Of a stretch of DNA of 64,000 nt, positions 9,016-19,591 are shown one piece after another. Position numbers and translations under genes: made by a program. The first letter of the stretch is position 1, and each line of letters opens with the position of its first letter. The notes below the pieces were generated by a model. It was not told where the DNA came from, did no database searches, and saw nothing but the letters and a program-made list of their open reading frames with translations. The DNA lies in contig CAVOKY010000011.1 in the NCBI GenBank assembly GCA_963696645.1, forward strand, positions 470,858-534,857, given 5' to 3'. Origin of the DNA: an uncultured Alphaproteobacteria bacterium (lineage in GTDB: Bacteria; Pseudomonadota; Alphaproteobacteria; Acetobacterales; Acetobacteraceae).

Positions 9016-10485
9016 GTGAGCATCCAAGGCGCACTGTCGATCGCAACCGGCGGTCTGGCGAATATCAATCGCCAGATGGCCGTGGTTTCGCAGAACGTGG
9101 CGAATGCCAGCACACCGGGATATTCCGTCGAAATCGGCACGCAGCAAAGCGTCACCGCCGGTGGCGAGGGAATGGGGGTGCGCAGCGGTCCGGCCATTCG
9201 AATGGTCGATGCGACGATGCAGGCGGAGGCTTACAAACAGAACGCTACCGTCGCCGGATTGCAGACACAGCAGAACGCGTTGCAGGCGATCGACGCCGTG
9301 CAGGGAACTCCGGGCCAGGGCCAGGATATCGCCAGCCTGCTCGGCAACCTGCAGAACCAGTTCTCCACGCTGCTGAATGATCCCAGCAATGTGACGCAAC
9401 AGAGCCAGGTGGTCGCCAGCGCCACCACCCTGACGCAGGGCATCAATGCACTCAGCAACGCCTATGCGACGCAACGCCAGACAGCGGAAAACTCCATCGT
9501 CAGCGAAGTTGGCACGTTGAACACCACGCTTGGCACGATCGGCAGCCTCAGCAGCCAGATCATGGTGTTGAAAGCCGATGGCCAGAGCACCGCCGACCTG
9601 GAGAACCAGCGTGATGTCGCGGTGACCACTCTGTCGCAGTTGCTCAACGTGAAGGTGCTGGACCAGCCGGACGGCGATCTGTTGATCAACACTGCGTCCG
9701 GCCTGACCCTGCCGACCAATGGGGGCGCCAATCCATTGACTACCAGCGCGGTGAACGTGCCGGCCGGAACCTGGTATCCGGGCGGCGGCATTCCACCGAT
9801 CATGCTCGGCGGCATCGACGTCACCAGCGAACTCCAGGGCGGGCAGATCGGCGCCAACATCGCGCTGCGCGACACGACCTTGCCGACCCATCAGGCGGAA
9901 CTGGACGAGTTTTCGCAGAACCTCGCCAGCCGGTTCGACGCGCAGGGACTCACGCTGTTCACCGACCCGACCGGTGCGGTCCCGCCAGGCGGAGGTGCGC
10001 CGGCGCAGAACGGCTATGTGGGTTTTGCCGGCATCATCCAGGTCAATCCCGCGGTGCTGGCCGATCCGTCCGCGGTACGCGACGGCACGCCATCGATCTC
10101 CGGCGGGCTGGCCGGTTTCACCGACATCATCAACGCGGTGCTGAACAACGCGCTCGGCGACACGCCGCCGTTGGTCACCAATGTCGCGGGCCTCGGCGCA
10201 TCGGGCACGCTGGATGCGCCGTATGTGGCGCCGGACACGCTCGGCCAACTCGCATCCACCGTGGTCGCATCGCAGGCACAGGACAGCGCCACCGTCACCA
10301 CCCAACTCGGCACCGAACAGGCAGTGCAGAAAACGCTCGCCAGCAATCTATCCACACAGAGCGGCGTGAACATGGATACCGAGATGTCAACCATGATCCA
10401 GTTGCAGAACGCCTATGGCGCCAACGCAAAGGTCATCGCTGCCGTGCAGGCGATGTGGACGCAGTTGCTGGCTACGGTGCAGTGA
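9016..10485 (+). CDS. flgK: flagellar hook-associated protein 1 FlgK
   Basis: GTG start. The N-terminus is GGLANINRQMAVVSQNVANASTPGYS and the C-terminus is VNMDTEMSTMIQLQNAYGANAKVIAAVQAMW. It lies immediately downstream of flgE. Confidence 0.9.
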   Translation: MSIQGALSIATGGLANINRQMAVVSQNVANASTPGYSVEIGTQQSVTAGGEGMGVRSGPAIRMVDATMQAEAYKQNATVAGLQTQQNALQAIDAVQGTPGQGQDIASLLGNLQNQFSTLLNDPSNVTQQSQVVASATTLTQGINALSNAYATQRQTAENSIVSEVGTLNTTLGTIGSLSSQIMVLKADGQSTADLENQRDVAVTTLSQLLNVKVLDQPDGDLLINTASGLTLPTNGGANPLTTSAVNVPAGTWYPGGGIPPIMLGGIDVTSELQGGQIGANIALRDTTLPTHQAELDEFSQNLASRFDAQGLTLFTDPTGAVPPGGGAPAQNGYVGFAGIIQVNPAVLADPSAVRDGTPSISGGLAGFTDIINAVLNNALGDTPPLVTNVAGLGASGTLDAPYVAPDTLGQLASTVVASQAQDSATVTTQLGTEQAVQKTLASNLSTQSGVNMDTEMSTMIQLQNAYGANAKVIAAVQAMWTQLLATVQ

Positions 10486-10495
10486 GGAGAATGCC

Positions 10496-11632
10496 ATGAG
10501 CAGCATCACAGGCGCGGTCAGTCCCTCGAACTATGGCATGCTGGGCAGTCTGATCGCGCAATCCGCCTCGGTCCGCCAGCAGCTCGATCTGCTTACCAAC
10601 CAGGCGAGCACCGGTCTGATCGGCAACACCTATGCCGGACTGGGCACGGGGGCGCCGGTCTCGCTCGATCTGCGCCCGCAGATCAGCGCCATGCAGACCT
10701 GGCAGAACAACGTCGACGCATCGACCGGACGGACGGGTGTGACGCAGACCGCCATGACCCAGATCCAGTCGATCGCATCGAACTTCTATGCCCAGCTCAA
10801 CAATGTCGACAGCACGAATATCGGCGAGGTGGACAGCATCGCGGCGAACGCGCGCGATGCACTGAACCAGGTGGCTGGGCTGCTCGATACCCAGGACGGT
10901 GGCATCTACGTGTTCGCCGGCCAGGACACCAACGATCCGACGGTGCCCAATCCCAACTCCATGCTCACGTCCGGCTTCTACACCCAGATCAACACTGCGG
11001 TGACCGCGTTCAACGGTACGCCGCCCAACGACGCCGCGGGAGTAGCAAACACCACGTTCGGTATCGCGACGTCCAATACCCCAGGAATTTCGCCGTTCTC
11101 CGCATACATGTCGCAGCCGGCCGCCGCGCTGTTGACGCACCTTCCCACTGTGCAGGTGGGTAAGAATCAGTCGCAACCGGTTGGCCTGCTGGCCAGCGCC
11201 AACACGCTGATCCCGGCTTCGGTGAGCGCCGGGCCGGCCATCGCCGGCGGCCCGCCCACGACCACCGGTTCATACATGCGCGATATACTGCGCGCGCTGG
11301 CCACGATCGGCTCGCTCAGCAGCAGCCAGGCCAATGTGACCGGCTTTCAGGACCTGGTGCGGGACACACGCATGAGTCTTTCCGGCGCGGTCAGTGCCTT
11401 GGGTCAGGACGCCGGCGTACTCGGCAACATACAAACGTCACTCACAACGACGCAGACCAATATTGCCGATACCCAGACCGCACTGACCAACCAGGTCTCC
11501 TCGGCCGAGGATGTTGATATGGCTTCGACGCTGTCGCGACTTTCGCTGGTGCAGACCCAGCTTCAGGGATCCTACCAGCTCATCGCCGGCATGAGCGGCA
11601 TGTCGCTTGTCAAGTTCCTACCGGTGTCATGA
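10496..11632 (+). CDS. flgL: flagellar hook-associated protein 3 FlgL
   Basis: ATG 10496 is preceded by GAGGAGA. The protein is flagellin-like, with N-terminus LGSLIAQSASVRQQLDLLTNQASTG and C-terminus DVDMASTLSRLSLVQTQLQGSYQLIAGMS. It follows flgK. Confidence 0.85.
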   Translation: MSSITGAVSPSNYGMLGSLIAQSASVRQQLDLLTNQASTGLIGNTYAGLGTGAPVSLDLRPQISAMQTWQNNVDASTGRTGVTQTAMTQIQSIASNFYAQLNNVDSTNIGEVDSIAANARDALNQVAGLLDTQDGGIYVFAGQDTNDPTVPNPNSMLTSGFYTQINTAVTAFNGTPPNDAAGVANTTFGIATSNTPGISPFSAYMSQPAAALLTHLPTVQVGKNQSQPVGLLASANTLIPASVSAGPAIAGGPPTTTGSYMRDILRALATIGSLSSSQANVTGFQDLVRDTRMSLSGAVSALGQDAGVLGNIQTSLTTTQTNIADTQTALTNQVSSAEDVDMASTLSRLSLVQTQLQGSYQLIAGMSGMSLVKFLPVS

Positions 11633-11742
11633 TGAAAACTGCAACCAGTTTCACCGGCCGTTAACTCCGAGGCCGCAAGATGCGGTCACACCCGAGAAAA
11701 AGCGGGAGCATGAAACTACGTGGGTAACGAAGGTAATATGCC

Positions 11743-12603
11743 ATGTCTCTCAATTCAGTGAATACGAACTACGGCGCGATGATCGCGCTGGAGTCGCTCG
11801 ACGCGACCAACTCGGCGTTGCAAGGTGTTCAGAAGCAGGTCTCTACTGGCTATCGCGTGGCGGACTCGACAGATGATGGTGCAGCCTTCGCAGTGGCTCA
11901 ATCGGTCCGCTCGACGGTGGGGGCACTGACCACCGCCAATCAGCAACTCGGCAACGTGCAGGGATTGCTGGCCACCACGCAGACGGGCCTGACAAGCGTC
12001 TCCCATACGATGGCCAGCATGCGTGATGTGCTGGTATCTCTGGCGGACTCCAGCGTGACCGGCAACGAACGGACCCAGTACATTGCCCAGTACAATTCGT
12101 TGCTGGCGAACGTGAAGACCTTCATCCAGGACGCCGGCTACAACGGCAAGACGCTGATTGGCAACATCTCGGGCTCGACCGGCGTAATGGCGCGCGTAGC
12201 TGTGGTGCGTAACGAGAACGGCGCTTCCTACGCCATCGCCTCGTACAGCGGCTCAGCGTTGTACGGGTCGATCGCCTTTACCTCGACGCAGCTCAACGGT
12301 GCGGCCACGGTGGCAACGTTGATCGGCACCTCGGCGACGACTGCCGCGTTCATCGATATGCAAAACAGCGTCGGCGGCGAGTTGAATACGATCGGCGCCT
12401 CGGTGAACTACGTGAACAACCAGATCAGCTATAACAGCAACAAGGTCGATGCCTTGAATACTGGCCTTGGCGCGCTGGTGGACGCCGATCTGGCCAAGGA
12501 GTCTGCCTCATTGCAGGCCCTGCAGATTCGCCAACAGTTGGGCACGCAAGCCCTGTCGCTGGCCAATCAGGCACCACAGACGCTGCTGAGCCTGTTCAAG
12601 TAG
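11743..12603 (+). CDS. fliC: flagellin
   Basis: N-terminus SVNTNYGAMIALESLDATNSALQGVQKQVSTGYRVADSTDDGAAFAVAQ. C-terminus DADLAKESASLQALQIRQQLGTQALSLANQAPQTLLSLFK. At 286 aa it is a short alphaproteobacterial-type flagellin. Confidence 0.93.
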   Translation: MSLNSVNTNYGAMIALESLDATNSALQGVQKQVSTGYRVADSTDDGAAFAVAQSVRSTVGALTTANQQLGNVQGLLATTQTGLTSVSHTMASMRDVLVSLADSSVTGNERTQYIAQYNSLLANVKTFIQDAGYNGKTLIGNISGSTGVMARVAVVRNENGASYAIASYSGSALYGSIAFTSTQLNGAATVATLIGTSATTAAFIDMQNSVGGELNTIGASVNYVNNQISYNSNKVDALNTGLGALVDADLAKESASLQALQIRQQLGTQALSLANQAPQTLLSLFK

Positions 12604-12622
12604 CAGCGAGAGCCAGGAGTGA

Positions 12623-12651
12623 CTTCGGGTCGGCCCGCAGCCGGCCCGAAG
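12623..12651 (+). terminator. stem-loop downstream of flagellin (weak terminator candidate)
   Basis: cttcgggtcggc-ccgca-gccggcccgaag forms a 12-bp stem with one mismatch, starting 20 nt after the flagellin stop. No T-tract follows, so it may be an attenuating or stabilising hairpin rather than an intrinsic terminator. Confidence 0.35.
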
Positions 12652-12744
12652 CTGGTTCCCACTGACGACCCGGCAGATCGCCGGTGACACTGTCAAGGCC
12701 GCGTATCGTCATGGAAACGGACGAGGCGAAGCAGGAAGTGGCGC

Positions 12745-13212
12745 ATGTCCAATCTTGTCCTAGAGCTTCGCCAGGGCGAAGTGATGATCGTCAATGGCGC
12801 TCCCATCCGATTCCGCACGAAATCGCGCATCGAGCTGACGGCCAAAGCCCGGTTTCTCTTCGGCAAGCAGATTATGCCGCCTGATCAGGCCGACAGTCCG
12901 GCGCGGCGTATCTACTTCGCCTTGCAATCAGCCTATATCGGCACCGATGATGAACGTGCCCGCGGGCTCGACGCGGCTCGCGACCTGATTGCGGCCTTCA
13001 AGCAGGCGACCACATCGGCGCTTGTATGCGAGATCCTGGACCGCGCGATGAGCGCAGCGGAGGCCGACGAATGCTACCAGGCCCTCAAGCTCGCGCGACG
13101 AATCATTCGGCACGAAGACACCGTCTTGCACCGTTTGTCGGAGCATGCCGGTGGCGAGCCGGCACGATCTGTGTCATCTCAGAGGGATCTACCACAGCCA
13201 TGCCCACCATGA
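12745..13212 (+). CDS. flbT: flagellar biosynthesis repressor FlbT
   Basis: LVLELRQGEVMIVNGAPIRF...KQIMPPDQADSPARRIYFALQSAYIG...YQALKLARRIIRHED matches what I recall of Caulobacter/Brucella FlbT. It overlaps the flaF start by 13 nt. Confidence 0.85.
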   Translation: MSNLVLELRQGEVMIVNGAPIRFRTKSRIELTAKARFLFGKQIMPPDQADSPARRIYFALQSAYIGTDDERARGLDAARDLIAAFKQATTSALVCEILDRAMSAAEADECYQALKLARRIIRHEDTVLHRLSEHAGGEPARSVSSQRDLPQPCPP

Positions 13213-13547
13213 GTCAGGCGGCCGGCGCCTATCAAACCGCGGCAACGCATCGCACCCAACGCGCGCAGGAGGCGGATGTATTTCGGCGTGCCACCGGTGC
13301 GCTGAAGGCGGCGCGCGATGCAGGCAGCATCCAGCGCGTACAGGCGATTGCCGACAATCGTCTTCTTTGGGCAACAATCACCGATCTGATGCGGGATCCG
13401 CTCAATGCTCTGCCAGAGCAGTTGCGTGCGGCAATCATCTCGGTCGGCATGACCGCTCGGCGAGAGATGGACCAGGTGTCACCCAACTTCGACTTCCTGA
13501 TCGACATCAACGAAAACATTGCCGCGGGCTTGTCCGAGCAGAGCTGA
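13200..13547 (+). CDS. flaF: flagellar biosynthesis regulator FlaF
   Basis: In-frame ATG at 13200 within ORF 13026..13547. AYQTAATHRTQRAQEADVFRRATGAL...NRLLWATITDLMRDPLNALPEQLRAAIISVG...FDFLIDINENIAAGL resembles FlaF. Confidence 0.85.
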   Translation: MPTMSQAAGAYQTAATHRTQRAQEADVFRRATGALKAARDAGSIQRVQAIADNRLLWATITDLMRDPLNALPEQLRAAIISVGMTARREMDQVSPNFDFLIDINENIAAGLSEQS

Positions 13548-13592
13548 ACAGAAAAACATCCCTGAATACAACCGGCTCAAAAGGAGCCTCGC

Positions 13593-15050
13593 ATGGAAAC
13601 GTTGCAAGCTACCACCGATACCGGCGCCTTGACCGCACGGATCGCGGCACTGATTGGCGCGGGGCGCCCGGCGGCAGCCCGACCTCTGCTGACAGCGGTG
13701 CGCCGGCGTTCAGCGCCTTCGCCATATCTCGCGGAACTGGCCACGCGGCTCGCGCTGTGCGAGGGGCGCAACGAATTGGCCCTTCAGGAAATAAGTAGGG
13801 CTATCGAGCTGCATCCTGGTCACGCCGGCCTGCATAAATGCCGAGCCGATGTCCGCATGCTGATGAACGACTGCGAAGGCGCGGCACGAGACGCGGCGGA
13901 AGCGGTAATACTCGACAGCGGTGATCCTGCGGCCAAGGCACTCCTCGGCCTTCTGATGTTGGAACTCAAACGTCCCGCCGACGCAATCGCATGCCTCAAC
14001 GAGGCGGTTTTCACCGACCCGTGCAATGCCGTCTATCGCCAGGGCCTTGCTGCCGCACAGGAAGCGAGCGGAGATACAGACGCAGCGCTTGCCACACTCG
14101 ACGCCGCAATCGCAGCCGCGCCCGCCTGCGTGGAATTGCGCAATGCCGCCATCCTGCTGTTGGTTCGGCGGCGCGATTTCACCGCCGCCTACCGCCTCGG
14201 TGAGGCGTCCCGCGTCGCCGGCGTGGCGGATGCATGCTCATTCGGCCTCATGGGCCATGCGCTTTCCAGCCTCGGCCGCCACGCCGAAGCCGAGGACGCC
14301 TATGCCGACGCGCTCAAGCTTGGACCCAACGACCCTTATGTGCGCCACCTCGTCGCCTCCTCGGGTATCGTATCGGGCGCCGCCCGCGCACCCATTGAGT
14401 ATTTGCAGGTCGTGTTTGATGGCTATGCCGATCGCTTCGAAAGCCACATCATCTCACTAGGCTATCGCATCCCGGGCCTGGTCCGGGCGACACTCATGCA
14501 GCACCCCAAGATCGTGGCCGGACAGCGTCTTGGGCCCGTGCTCGATCTCGGCTGTGGTACCGGACTGTTGGCTGTCGTCCTCTCGGACATGGCCGTCGGC
14601 CCGTTGGTCGGCGTCGATGTGTCTACGGGCATGCTTGCTCAAGCAGCGGCCAAGCACCTCTATTCGGAGTTGCACGAGGCTGACCTTATGCGGCTGCTCG
14701 CAGACGATCCAACACGATGGCAGCTCGTGCTGGCGGCCGACGTGTTCATCTACTTCGGCGCCTTGCCGGAGATGCTGGCGGCCGTGCATGCGCGATTGGA
14801 GCCAGGCGGCTGGTTCATCTTTTCCTTGGAGGAATTGCTTCCCGACCACGACGGTATCGTGCATGGCAACGGAGACTGGGCACTCCAGCGGATGGGCCGC
14901 TACGCGCACAGCATGTCCTACGTCTCCCGCGCGGCACGCGACGCCGGTTTTGCCGTCCGGACGCTGGAACGTCAGACCGTGCGACATGAGGCGGATGCAG
15001 AGGTCGCCGGCATCTACGTCGTGCTGGAGCGCGTCCGCCATGACGGCTGA
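13593..15050 (+). CDS. TPR-repeat protein fused to a class I SAM-dependent methyltransferase
   Basis: SD AAGGAG. The N-terminal half is TPR-like (AIELHPGHAGLHKCRADV..., LNEAVFTDPCNAVYRQGLA...). The C-terminal half has motif I VLDLGCGTGLLAVVL, then VGVDVSTGML, LVLAADVFIYFG and GGWFIFSLE. The reading frame is intact. Confidence 0.8.
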   Translation: METLQATTDTGALTARIAALIGAGRPAAARPLLTAVRRRSAPSPYLAELATRLALCEGRNELALQEISRAIELHPGHAGLHKCRADVRMLMNDCEGAARDAAEAVILDSGDPAAKALLGLLMLELKRPADAIACLNEAVFTDPCNAVYRQGLAAAQEASGDTDAALATLDAAIAAAPACVELRNAAILLLVRRRDFTAAYRLGEASRVAGVADACSFGLMGHALSSLGRHAEAEDAYADALKLGPNDPYVRHLVASSGIVSGAARAPIEYLQVVFDGYADRFESHIISLGYRIPGLVRATLMQHPKIVAGQRLGPVLDLGCGTGLLAVVLSDMAVGPLVGVDVSTGMLAQAAAKHLYSELHEADLMRLLADDPTRWQLVLAADVFIYFGALPEMLAAVHARLEPGGWFIFSLEELLPDHDGIVHGNGDWALQRMGRYAHSMSYVSRAARDAGFAVRTLERQTVRHEADAEVAGIYVVLERVRHDG

Positions 15051-17403
15051 CGCGGCGCTTGCGCTGCTGAATGCCGGTGATGCAGCCGGCGCGCTTGCCT
15101 TGCTGGACGATGCGGTGCCGCCTGGTGAGCCCGATACCGCGTGGCTCGTGGCAAGGGGCATGGTGCAACTCGCGAACGACCATCCAGCAGAAGCACTGAC
15201 CGCGCTGCGGACAGCAGTCGCGCTCGGTGACACGATGCCAGCGACATTGTTGAATCTGGCACTGGCGGAAGACAAGGCTGGCGACCCGGCACGCGCTCGT
15301 CACCTTATGGAGGCGCTCGAGCACCACCTTCCAGAGTGGGACGAGCCGCCATTACGGCTCGCGGAATCCCTGCGCGCCGCGGCTAAATTCCATGACGCCG
15401 AACTGGCCTACGGCCGCACGCTCGAGATCAACCCTCGCCGCGAGGCTGCGCTTCTGGGTTTGGGCGGCCTGTTGATCATGCGCGGCGAGGCCGAGGCTGC
15501 ACGCAAACTGCTGTTGCGCTGCTGCGACATCGCACCCGCGCGCGCCGAAGCCTGGGATACGCTCGGTCGTGCATTGATGCAGACCGACGACAAGCCCCTC
15601 GCTGAAGCGGCATTTGCCGAGGCGCAACGTCTGTCACCGCATACGCTGGAATATGCGCTGCATCGGGTCGGTGCCGCGCTCGCTGCTGGAACGGGCGAGC
15701 CTCTCCTGGCCTGTCTGCTGTCCGCCGCCGACAATGATCCGCTGAATCCGGCACTGCCCACGGCGCGCGGTGTCCTGCTGGAAAGATTGGGTCGACGATC
15801 CCAATCTATCGATGCACTGGAAACGGCAGCAGCCCTGGCGCCCGAAGCGCAGCTGCCAGCGGCGCTGCTCGGCGAATTGCTCGCCCGAGCCAACCGCCTG
15901 GATGAGGCAGAAGCCACGCTACGACATGCCATCGAACTGGATCCCGGCAATCACCATCTCGCCAACGCCCGCGCCACTGTGCTGTTCCGCATGCAACGTC
16001 ACGCCGATGCACGCGCCGAACTGCTTGCATCGATCGAGCGCAACGGCGAGCAGGTGACCGAACTGTGCCAATCTTGCCAATGCCACCACATGCCTCGGCC
16101 TGCAGCAGGAGGGGGTCGCCCTGGCGCGGCGCGCCATCGCGCTCGCCCCGGAGGCAACGCTGCTGCGGCGCATACTGTGCAACGCGCTGCCGTATCGCGA
16201 TGGTATCACTGGCGCCGAAATGCTTGCCGCGCTGCGTGAGTGCTCCGACCGGCTGCCGCGCGACCATACTGCCGGTGTTCGCCAACGATGCCAAACCCGG
16301 ACCGCCCGCTCGTCATCGGCCTGCTGTCGGGTTCGCTGCGGATCCATCCGGTGGGCTGGCTGACCGTCGCCGGGTTCGAGACGCTCGATCCCGCGGCCTT
16401 CACCCTCGTCTGCCTGGCGCAGAACGGCTCGCATGACTGGATCGCCCGCCGCTTTCGCGACTCTGGCGACGCGAATGGCATGACGTCGACATGCTCGACC
16501 GACCCGGCTGCTTGCGGCGAAGGCGCGCGACCTCGGGATCGATGTCCTGATCGATCTCGGCGGCTATGGCGACTCGGCGCGCATGACGGCCTGCGCCTAT
16601 CGCCTGGCACCGGTGCAGGTGAAATGGGTCGGCATGCAGAACCACAGTTCCGGCCTGGCGGAAATGGACTGGATCATCACCGATCGCTGGGAAACGCCGC
16701 CGGAGCTGGAGCATGTCTACTCCGAGCGCCTGCTGCGGATGCCGGACGGCTACGTGTGCTACAGCGCGCCGCCCTATGCGCCGGACGTCGTGCCATTGCC
16801 GGCACTGGCCAACGGCCACATCACCTTCGGCTGCTTCAACAACCTGGCGAAGATCACGCCCCGCGTCATCGCCACCTGGTGCACCATCCTGCATCGGCTG
16901 CCGGACCGCACGCCTGGTGCTGAAGACCCACCAGTTTGCCCATGCGCCGACCGCCGAACGCGTGCTGGCCGAGTTTGCCGCACACGGCATCCCACCAGCG
17001 CGGCTTGACCTGCGAGGTGGCTCGGCGCACCGGGCCTTCATGCGCGAGTACAATGACATCGACATCGTGCTGGACCCGTTCCCCTATTCCGGCGGCCTGA
17101 CCACCTGCGAGGCGCTGTGGATGGGCGTGCCGACAGTGACTGTTCCCGGCGAGATTTTCGCCTCGCGCCATTCGGTGAGCCATCTGAGCAACGCCGGCCT
17201 GGCCGACTGGGTGGCCGCCGACCTTGCCGCCTACGTGGAACTTGCCGTGGCGCGGGCCTCCGACATTCCGGCGCTGGCTGCGCTGCGATCCGGCTTGCGC
17301 GCGCGGGTCAAGGCGAGTCCGCTGTGCGATGCGCCGCGCTTCGGCCGCAACCTCGGTGCCGCGCTGCGCCATCGCCTGGCAGGAGTGGTGCGCCGGACAA
17401 TGA
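15040..17403 (+). pseudogene. FlmG-like TPR + GT41 (SPINDLY/O-GlcNAc-transferase-like) glycosyltransferase, multiply frameshifted
   Basis: ATG 15040 overlaps the upstream stop. The TPR region is intact to about 16065 (ORF 14530..16239). The glycosyltransferase domain is then split over ORFs 16065.., 16240.., 16583.. and 16713... Recognisable pieces include DRPLVIGLLSGSLRIHPVGWL, YRLAPVQVKWVGMQNHSSGL, GHITFGCFNNLAKITPRV, IVLDPFPYSGGLTTCEALWMGVPTVT and AWQEWCAGQ* ending at 17403. I count at least 6 frame changes, near 16068, 16255, 16300, 16460, 16905 and 17370. Confidence 0.7.
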
Positions 17404-17436
17404 CGCTGATCGACCGCAGTAGCAGGAGCAGCACAG

Positions 17437-18527
17437 ATGACCGCGCTGCCTTCCGTCGATGTCAATATGATGGTCTACAACAGCGTCGATACGGTCGGCG
17501 CGGCCATCGACTGCGTGCTGGCGCAGACCTGGCCGGCCGTGACGCTGACGCTGTTCGACAACTGGCTCGACCGATGGCACGGTGCAGGTGCTGCGGGACT
17601 ATGCCACGCAGCATCCCACGATCCGCATCAAGCAGCAACCGCTGCAACGCCGGCCCGATCGCCAACATCCAGCGCGCATTCTGGTTCGGCGACGCCGACT
17701 ACGTCATGCCGAAAACCAGCGATGACCTGATCGCGCCCGACTACATCGAGCGGCTGATGGGCGTGCTGCTGCGCCTACCCGGACTGCGCGATGTGCCACG
17801 CGGCGGGCCTGGTGTTCACCGGCGCCAACCAGGTCGGCTACCGCTACCCGCCGGAGCATTGGTTGGAAGCGACCGGGCCCGACCCGGTGGCGCGCGCCCG
17901 TCACGTCATGCAGCGCTACACCAGCGCGCCGGCGTTCTGGGGCGTCTACCGGCGCGACGCCGTCGATCAGCTCTCGACCATCCGCTATCGCTCCGGCTTC
18001 GATCACGCCGTGCTTGCGGAACTGGCGCTGTACGGCGAAATCCGCCACGTGCCCGAGCCGCTGTATCTGGCGGCGCGGCGGCGGCAAGCCGGTGATGCTG
18101 CTTGCACGCGGCGCCACCGAGCAGGCCAATCGCGGCGTGCCGCTCGATGATGTGCTGGCGGAACAGCGCTGGCGCACGCCCCTGATCACCACCGCCTATG
18201 CGCATATGGAGGTGTTCGCCGCGGCGCGGCTGCCGTTGCCGCAGCGTCTGTTGCTGCTGGAATCCGTGCCGGAGATATTCCGCGCCCGCTGGCTGTCGTT
18301 GATGCAGCGCGAGGTGCGGATCTTTGCGCGCGGCTCTGCCGGAGTTGCTGCGAGTGATTTCGATTGCCGAGCCCGTCGAAGCCAACTGGCTGGCGCGCGC
18401 GCTGATCGAGGTCCTGCTCGGCGCGCAGGCGATTCTGCCCGAGGAGGATCTGACCCTCGCACTGCTCGAGGTCGCCGCCCTGGCTGGTGAGACACGTCTA
18501 CCCACGCCGGTCGATGTCGCTCGGTAG
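17437..18527 (+). pseudogene. family-2 glycosyltransferase, multiply frameshifted
   Basis: The N-terminus SVDVNMMVYNSVDTVGAAIDCVLAQTWPAVTLTLFDN is a GT2 signature. It continues in other frames as GSTDGTVQVLRDYATQHPTIRI, FWFGDADYVMPKTSDDLIAPDYIERLMGVLL, AGLVFTGANQVGYRYPPEHW...FWGVYRRDAV and ...LALLEVAALAGETRLPTPVDVAR*. I count at least 4 frame changes. Confidence 0.65.
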
Positions 18528-18672
18528 CGGACTTGCTATCCCGGCCATCAGTCCCGGCCAACTGTCGAGGTCGTGTGCCGCTGTCGACGGCCGGAACCCT
18601 GCCCGGCCATGACAATGTTGCGCGGTTTCATCCAGGTCCGGTCGGATTCCCAATGGCCAGCGACGACCGCTG

Positions 18673-19047
18673 CTACTTGACGCCGTGTCCCTTCGATGGC
18701 GCCGCCTGCACCTGCGGCCTGACCACCGGTGCCACTTGGACCGGCGGCGACGCAATGCTTGCTCCAGGAGGTGCTGGACCTATATGCGCTGTGGCCCATC
18801 TCTGGTAGGCCTCAAGCTGTCGTTGGCTGGGAACCGACGTGCTGACGCCGCCGGTGTCGTTGCGGAATTCGATCACCACCAGGCCGAGGCGGCTGTCAAA
18901 CCGCAGGGTCGGATTGTAAATTGGCGGCGACTTCGCCACAGACTCCGGCTGCGGCGAGGGTTGCACTGCCGCCGCAATTGCCCCGCCACCCGCATCGTTG
19001 GCAGAGCGCGCGGGAACGATTGACTGAACGCTGATATCGCTTGACAT
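18673..19047 (-). CDS. flaG: flagellar protein FlaG
   Basis: LRFDSRLGLVVIEFRNDTGGVSTSVPSQRQLEAYQRW is the FlaG-family core. ATG 19047 is preferred over GTG 19059. Confidence 0.75.
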   Translation of the reverse strand: MSSDISVQSIVPARSANDAGGGAIAAAVQPSPQPESVAKSPPIYNPTLRFDSRLGLVVIEFRNDTGGVSTSVPSQRQLEAYQRWATAHIGPAPPGASIASPPVQVAPVVRPQVQAAPSKGHGVK

Positions 19048-19114
19048 GGCGGAATTCACCGCAAACTTTGCGCCGTTCTGGCGCTGGGGATTTGCCGATC
19101 ATCCACCGTATCGG

Positions 19115-19591
19115 TTAAGCCTCCGTTAAGCCCCTCTCACCAGCACGATCGCTTCCACTTCCACCGCAATATTGCGCGGCAGGCTGCCCATGCCGACCGC
19201 CGACCGTGCCGGCCGCCGCCGGCTCGCCGAGCACCTGGACGAACAGGTCGGTGCAGCCGTTGATCACCTCGGGATGCTGGGTGAAATCCGGCACCGCGTT
19301 CACCATGCCAAGCACCTTCAGCACCGTATCCACACGCTCCAGCGTGCCAACTGCGGCGATCATGTTGACCAGCAGGTTGAGCCCGCACAGCTTCGCCGCC
19401 TCATAAGCCTGCTCCACCGAGACATCGGCACCGACCTTGCCGGTGATCATCGTTTCGTTTGCGCGCCGCGGTCCGACGCCGGACAGGAACAGCAGATTGC
19501 CGGCCAGCCGGAACGGCACGTAATTGCCGATCGGTTTCGGCGGCGACGGCAGCGCCAGGCCGAGATCCGCTAGGTTTTTGTCAGCACTCAT
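19115..19591 (-). CDS. RidA/YjgF family protein, C-terminus displaced by one frameshift
   Basis: IGNYVPFRLAGNLLFLSGVGP...VEQAYEAAKLCGLNLL...GCTDLFVQVLGE is RidA-like. After about 19225 the canonical ending SAVGMGSLPRNIAVEVEAIVLVRGA* (stop 19126-19128) lies in another frame. The start overlaps the upstream stop (ATGA). Confidence 0.7.
   Translation of the reverse strand: MSADKNLADLGLALPSPPKPIGNYVPFRLAGNLLFLSGVGPRRANETMITGKVGADVSVEQAYEAAKLCGLNLLVNMIAAVGTLERVDTVLKVLGMVNAVPDFTQHPEVINGCTDLFVQVLGEPAAAGTVGGRHGQPAAQYCGGSGSDRAGERGLTEA

Noticed and set aside
8956-10305. 449-aa minus-strand ORF
   Set aside because: It is antisense to flgK, whose identity is unambiguous. It is a shadow ORF.
11640-11680. 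Sigma-28-like -10 element GCCGTTAA upstream of flagellin
   Set aside because: The only upstream AAA-type -35 candidate is about 18 nt away rather than about 15. I also have no evidence for a FliA-type hierarchy here. I did not find a sigma-54 motif in this spacer either.
19060-19075. Sigma-54-like element cGGCGCaaagtTTGCg on the minus strand upstream of flaG
   Set aside because: GG/GC spacing is right, but there are two core mismatches. The predicted start site (about 19049) would leave only a 2-nt leader before ATG 19047. This is too weak to call without transcript mapping.
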